The notes under the pieces: generated by a model
The model's input: the letters and a program-made list of their open reading frames with translations, nothing else
The model's database searches: none
Told to the model about the DNA's origin: nothing
Source: Candidatus Eiseniibacteriota bacterium
GTDB lineage: Bacteria; Eisenbacteria; RBG-16-71-46
Assembly (NCBI GenBank): GCA_963707915.1
Contig: OY970178.1
Coordinates: 3,072,001-3,136,000 of the forward strand
Direction of reading: 5' to 3'
DNA: 64,000 nt
Position numbers and translations under genes: made by a program
Shown: positions 62,222-64,000 of the stretch, piece after piece
Numbering within the stretch: position 1 is the first letter of the stretch
Layout: each line of letters starts with the position of its first letter

Positions 62222-63540
62222 TCATCCCTGCGGGAAGAGCCCCGGGAAGAGGGTGCTGAGCGCGAACAGCGTCGAGACGATGACGATCGCCGATCACGAT
62301 GCTCCAGTTCACGATGTTCTGCCAGCGCGTGTTGACGTACTTCCCCATGAAGCCCTCGTCGTTGAGGATCAGCAGCAGGAAGACCAGGGCGACCGGCAGC
62401 AGGGTGACCGCCACGACCTGCACGTACATGGTGATGGTCACGAGCGGGGCGCCGGGGATGAGCACCACGGCCCCGCTGGTGAGCAGCATGCCCAGGTAGG
62501 CCATGTAGAACCAGGGCGCGTCGCGCACGCTCTTGTTGAGCGAGTGGGCCCAGCCCAGCACCTCGCCCATCGCCCAGGAGGAGGACAGCGAGATGCACAG
62601 CGCGCCGAGGAAGCCGGCGTCGAACAGGCCGATGGCGAAGAGCTGCTGCGCCAGCCGGCCCTGCCCGTGGGGCAGCAGGGGCACCAGCGCGTCGGCGGTC
62701 TGCCGGGCGTCCTCGATCGCGATCGGCGGGCTGGTGGTAGTGAAGAGCGGCCCCGGTGACGATGATGATGAACGCCGCCACGATGCAGGTGAGCAGCGCG
62801 CCCGCCAGCGTGTCCCACTTGCCGAAGCGCACGTCGTGGATGTCGAGGCCCTTGTCCACGACCGAGCTCTGCTGGAAGAAGATCTGCCACGGCGTGATCG
62901 TGGTGCCGATGTTCGCCAGCAGGATGAAGATCAGGCCCGGGGTGAATCCGCCCGGGATCTCGGGCTTCACGAAGCCGTCGAGCACCTTGTTCCAGCCGGG
63001 TGCGCCCGGGGCATTCATGGCCCACAGGGCCGCCGGGATGTAGACCAGGTTGAAGATGCAGAAGAAGAGCGTCAGCTTCTCGAAGGTCCAGTAGCGCCCG
63101 GTCACCACCACCGTGAAGAGGATGGCGGTGACCCCCAGGAACGTGATCCAGGGCGGCACGCCGAAGATGCTCGCCGCCGCGATCATGCCGATGTACTCGG
63201 TCACCAGCGTGAGCCAGTTCACGATCGCCAGGTCGAACAGCGAGAACCATCCCCAGACCGGCCCGAAGCCCTCGAAGATGGCCTCGGCGTGCCCGCGCTT
63301 GGTGACCGCCCCCAGCCGCACGGTCATCTCCTGGATGTAGTAGGCGATCGGGACCAGCAGGAGGAAGATCCACAGCAGGCTGAAGCCGTATCGGGATCCG
63401 GTCACGGCGTAGGTGGAGATGCCGCCGGCGTCGTTGTCGGCCACCATGGTGATGATGCCCGGGCCCAGCACGGCGGCGAAGATCGTGATCTGCCGCCGGA
63501 AACGCGAGAGCTTGTGGATGCTCTTGCTGAGCCAGTACAC
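62222..63540 (-). pseudogene. NRAMP-related divalent metal (probable Mg2+) transporter with two +1 frameshifts (pseudogene or sequencing error)
   Basis: GPGIITMVADNDAGGISTY, QEMTVRLG, ANIGTTITPWQIFFQQS; frame breaks near 62730-62750 and 62290. Confidence 0.8.
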
Positions 63541-63608
63541 GTGCACCTCGAGGTGGGTCCGGCAGGGGGGCGGAGGCCTGGGCAGCCTGGCGCTGGACGA
63601 TTCGGCGC

Positions 63609-63637
63609 AGAGTAGGCCGCGGCTCCGCGGTCGGCAA
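63609..63637 (-). promoter_or_regulatory. sigma70-type promoter for NRAMP operon
   Basis: Minus strand TTGCCG-17 nt-TACTCT. Confidence 0.45.
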
Positions 63638-63694
63638 GCGGAAATGGGCCGGATGCGCGCCGGGACGCGACGCGCGACGCGAATTGGAAACGGC

Positions 63695-63724
63695 TTGACA
63701 CTCCGCGACGGAGGCCGATACGGT
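63695..63724 (+). promoter_or_regulatory. sigma70-type promoter for PTS IIA
   Basis: TTGACA-18 nt-TACGGT. Confidence 0.45.
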
Positions 63725-63771
63725 GGAAGTCGTCGCTTCCTTCGTCGGCTCGCCATGGAGTCCTCCCCGCC

Positions 63772-64000
63772 ATGCTGCTCTCCGAGCTCCTCAATCCCGA
63801 CGCGATCTGCCTGCGCCTGAAGGGCCGCGCCAAGCGCGAGGTGCTGGTCGAGCTCGTGGACCTGCTCGAGGCCAGCCACGGCTTCGCGAGCCAGGGCGAG
63901 ATCCTCGACCGCGTGCTGCGGCGCGAGGCCATGATGTCCACGGGGCTCTTCCCCGGCGCGGCCATCCCGCACGGCAAGGCCCGCTCGGTGAACCGCATGG
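63772..64000 (+). CDS. PTS IIA (Ntr/fructose type), 3' truncated
   Basis: MLLSELLNPDAI...KREVLVELV...VLRREAMMSTG...AIPHGK. Confidence 0.88.
   Translation, partial: MLLSELLNPDAICLRLKGRAKREVLVELVDLLEASHGFASQGEILDRVLRREAMMSTGLFPGAAIPHGKARSVNRM

Noticed and set aside
63541..63700. M-box or yybP-ykoY riboswitch before NRAMP
   Set aside because: Predicted leader is only about 60 nt and lacks the consensus
60919..63972. Apparent NRAMP-MgtE fusion of 1017 aa
   Set aside because: The linker is out-of-frame NRAMP sequence, and the downstream gene has its own RBS and ATG at 62208

Overview
High-GC (visually ~70%) diderm bacterial DNA. PorV plus C-terminal sorting-domain (CTD) proteins suggest an FCB-associated lineage such as Ca. 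Eisenbacteria (inference only). Contents, left to right: (1) 1-13.3 kb is a surface-protein region with a TonB-dependent receptor/PorV/lipoprotein/cargo operon, a tandem pair of OB-fold CTD proteins and a beta-propeller CTD protein. (2) 13.5-25 kb is central metabolism: E2, lipB, IscA-like, nadA, lipA, sixA, metH, aceE. (3) A hybrid kinase with a degenerate ATPase domain and a TonB receptor. (4) The highlight, 30.5-49.6 kb, is an extracellular electron transfer island. It has an OmcS-like hexaheme whose N-terminal motif spacing matches the Geobacter nanowire subunit, leading an operon with a 9(+1)-heme cytochrome, a beta-barrel, two CsgG/PelC-like proteins and a 42-heme cytochrome. It also has an NHL protein, an MtrA/MtrB-like porin-cytochrome conduit with a hexaheme lipoprotein, and a divergent ccmF. 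I count 73 canonical and 2 atypical heme motifs by hand. (5) clpB, two convergent glycosyltransferases separated by an IS481 inserted exactly at their shared stop codons, a secreted beta-helix protein with a sigma54-like promoter, a diguanylate cyclase, a frameshifted NRAMP/MgtE-N operon with an unannotated 36-aa membrane protein, and a partial PTS IIA. All family calls come from motif recognition; no database searches were run.
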